Assembly: GCA_902562135.1 (NCBI GenBank)
Contig: CACESE010000006.1
Coordinates: forward strand, 7,231 to 71,230
Direction of reading: 5' to 3'
Length of the DNA: 64,000 nt
Source: an uncultured SAR86 cluster bacterium
Lineage (GTDB): Bacteria; Pseudomonadota; Gammaproteobacteria; Magnimaribacterales; AG-339-G14
Shown here: positions 61,902 through 64,000 of the stretch, one piece after another
Layout of the letters: each line of letters opens with the position of its first letter
Position numbering within the stretch: position 1 is the first letter of the stretch
Position numbers and translations under genes: made by a program
Notes under the pieces: model-generated
Told to the model about the DNA's origin: nothing
What the model saw: only the letters and a program-made list of their open reading frames with translations
Databases searched by the model: none

Positions 61902-62885
61902 ATGGAATTTAAGTTTATCGATACTAATGGCATAACTCTCCGCGCTGCAGTAGAGGGTGAAGGTCCATTAATAATCATGGTGCACGGCTGTCCTGAAAGT
62001 TGGTTTAGTTGGAGGCGCCAAATCCCTGTAATCGCAGAAGCTGGTTATAAAGTGGCTGCTATTGATGTAAGAGGTTATGGCGGTTCTGATAAACCCCATG
62101 CAATTGAGGAATATACTTTAAAAAAAATAGGCGCCGATATTGTTGGCATCATAGATTTTTTTGAGGAAGATCAAGCAATTTTAATTGGTCATGATTGGGG
62201 CGGTCCTATAGTTTGGTATACCAGTTTACTTAATGAAAATAGAATTTCTGCAGTAGCGGGTTTGTCAGTTCCATATTTTCCTCAAAGAGAAGTCTCTCCA
62301 TTAGATGCTTTTGAAGTCATTTATAAAGATAAGTTTTTTTATCAACTTTATTTTCAAAAAGAAGGTGTTGCAGAGTCAGAATTTGAACCAGACTTGAGGA
62401 AATATCTTGAATCTACTTATTTCTCAATTGACGCAAGAGGTATGAAAAAACAATTTGAAAATCCCTTGAATGCTATGAATAAGGGCCCAAATGCAAAATA
62501 CCTAGATGATGTAGTCGAGTTTGAGTCATATCCTGATTGGATTAATAAAGATGAAATGAATTATTTGATCAATGAATTCGAAAATAGTGGTATGCGAGGT
62601 CCTTTAAATAGATACAGAGCGCAAAGAATTGATTTTGAAGAATTAAAAGATTTTCGAGACAAAAAATTAAAACAACCCGCCGCATTAATGGTTGGTTCTC
62701 TCGATCCTGTTAATTTTTTTATAGGCGATGGTTATAAAGACACTGAGCATTTAAAAGAAGTTTTTGAACCAGTTTACGAAAACTTAATCAAAACAGAGCT
62801 AATAAATGACGTTGGTCATTGGACTCAACAAGAAGCGCCAGAAGAAGTTAATAGATTTCTTTTAGACTTTCTTAAACAGATTTAG
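61902..62885 (+). CDS. Alpha/beta-fold epoxide hydrolase-like protein
   Basis: HGCPE, RGYGGS, GHDWGG, GHWTQQE. Confidence 0.88.
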   Translation: MEFKFIDTNGITLRAAVEGEGPLIIMVHGCPESWFSWRRQIPVIAEAGYKVAAIDVRGYGGSDKPHAIEEYTLKKIGADIVGIIDFFEEDQAILIGHDWGGPIVWYTSLLNENRISAVAGLSVPYFPQREVSPLDAFEVIYKDKFFYQLYFQKEGVAESEFEPDLRKYLESTYFSIDARGMKKQFENPLNAMNKGPNAKYLDDVVEFESYPDWINKDEMNYLINEFENSGMRGPLNRYRAQRIDFEELKDFRDKKLKQPAALMVGSLDPVNFFIGDGYKDTEHLKEVFEPVYENLIKTELINDVGHWTQQEAPEEVNRFLLDFLKQI

Positions 62886-63927
62886 TTTCAATCTGATCGC
62901 CAGTAGAAAATCTTTCAAGATTGGCTTCAAATTCATGAAGTCGTTTCCAAATACTTCTTAATTCAGTAATCGTAGTCCAATTAAAAAGAAATAGAGCAAA
63001 ACCGCTATGTACTCTGTCAAAGGCATTAGAAATTTGAATCACTACTCCCAACAAGGCCGCTCCTGTGAATAAACTTGGTCCAATTATTAAAAAAGGAACA
63101 ACAACCATAAATTGCCCATAACTTTCTATCCAGATGTCGAAATATCCATAATGAAGATACAGTCTTTGATAGTTAAATCTGATTCCTGTGAATAGATACC
63201 AAAGTGTATCGGTTTGAGCATAATTAACTTTATCATCTTCTCCCAAGACCAAATCTTTTCGAAAAGCAGCCTCAACTTTTTGATTGTTGTATTCAAGACC
63301 AGGAAGCCTATATCCAACAAACCAAGAGATAATTAGTCCTCCAATTGAAACAGATAATGCGGTCCATACCAAAGATCCTTCTATGTCGCTGAAAAAAGGA
63401 ATGGTGACTGAATCACTTAATGCCCACAATACAGGTACAAATGCAACCAAAGTCATAATTGCTCTCACAACTTGCAAACCTAAACTTTCAACTATTCGGG
63501 CGAACCTGTTGCAATCTTCTTGAATCCTTTGACTAGCACCTTCAATTTCTTCTTCTACGCTTTGCCATCTGGGAATATAGTTGAAGGTGATTGCTTGTCT
63601 CCATCTCAACCCATATATTCTTGTGAACCATGCTGTAAAAGTTGCAAGAAGTACATACGGCATAGCAATTACTAAGAAACTTGGGTTCCCTTCGAAACCA
63701 TTAAATAAAAAATCTGTAGAAATCAAAAAATCATAAAAAATATCTATACCTTCTTGGGGATTTTCTGAAAATTCAGCCGCTATTTGCAAATGATCATAAA
63801 AACCTCCATACCAGGAGTTTATGGCAACGGTTAATTGAACTTGCACCCATAGAGAGCTAATTAACAAGCCTAATCCTCCATACGCCCATAGGGCCCACTC
63901 TTTGGATGCATAAAAAGCGCGTAACAT
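62872..63927 (-). CDS. SbmA/BacA-like peptide transporter
   Basis: INSWYGGFYD, RWRQA, IEGASQRIQED, NQKVEAAFRKDLV, TELRSIWKRLHEFE. Confidence 0.88.
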   Translation of the reverse strand: MLRAFYASKEWALWAYGGLGLLISSLWVQVQLTVAINSWYGGFYDHLQIAAEFSENPQEGIDIFYDFLISTDFLFNGFEGNPSFLVIAMPYVLLATFTAWFTRIYGLRWRQAITFNYIPRWQSVEEEIEGASQRIQEDCNRFARIVESLGLQVVRAIMTLVAFVPVLWALSDSVTIPFFSDIEGSLVWTALSVSIGGLIISWFVGYRLPGLEYNNQKVEAAFRKDLVLGEDDKVNYAQTDTLWYLFTGIRFNYQRLYLHYGYFDIWIESYGQFMVVVPFLIIGPSLFTGAALLGVVIQISNAFDRVHSGFALFLFNWTTITELRSIWKRLHEFEANLERFSTGDQIETKSV

Positions 63928-64000
63928 AGAATTTAATTAAAATTTTTAAAAAGTTTAAACTATTATATTCCTATGAGAAGTTTAAAAGAAAATTTTAGAA

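Overview
AT-rich, tightly packed chromosome segment of a streamlined marine gammaproteobacterium. SAR86-like affinity is inferred from gene content (proteorhodopsin, Pseudomonadales-like synteny, lipid-catabolic genes). Most of the window is core genes: mdh, nrdAB, glpK, argF, serA, ung-ygfZ-sdhE-rpoE-rseA-degP-lepA-lepB-rnc-era-recO-acpS-adk-tsaB-uppP, plsB, yajC-secDF, suhB-trmJ, glnK-amtB, dapE, glcB, and four tRNAs. It also carries a blue-tuned proteorhodopsin, an alternative oxidase and an accessory block at about 51.6-57.5 kb. The strongest unannotated signal is a self-contained cassette between era and recO (23263-23713). It consists of a sigma70 promoter, a glutamine (glnA-type) riboswitch-like RNA whose P3 arm is expanded into a second loop-E-containing subdomain, a 54-aa peptide with three YRG repeats (below the ORF-track cutoff) and a terminator. 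Other notable items are a candidate oriC (14182-14564), a candidate ~70-nt sRNA convergent with proteorhodopsin, a PII protein lacking Gln39, an MDH with a 6-aa insertion in the substrate loop, and a prepilin-peptidase remnant next to an orphan gspC. No CRISPR array, rRNA, integrase or transposase was seen. All calls come from reading the sequence and motifs; no database searches were run.
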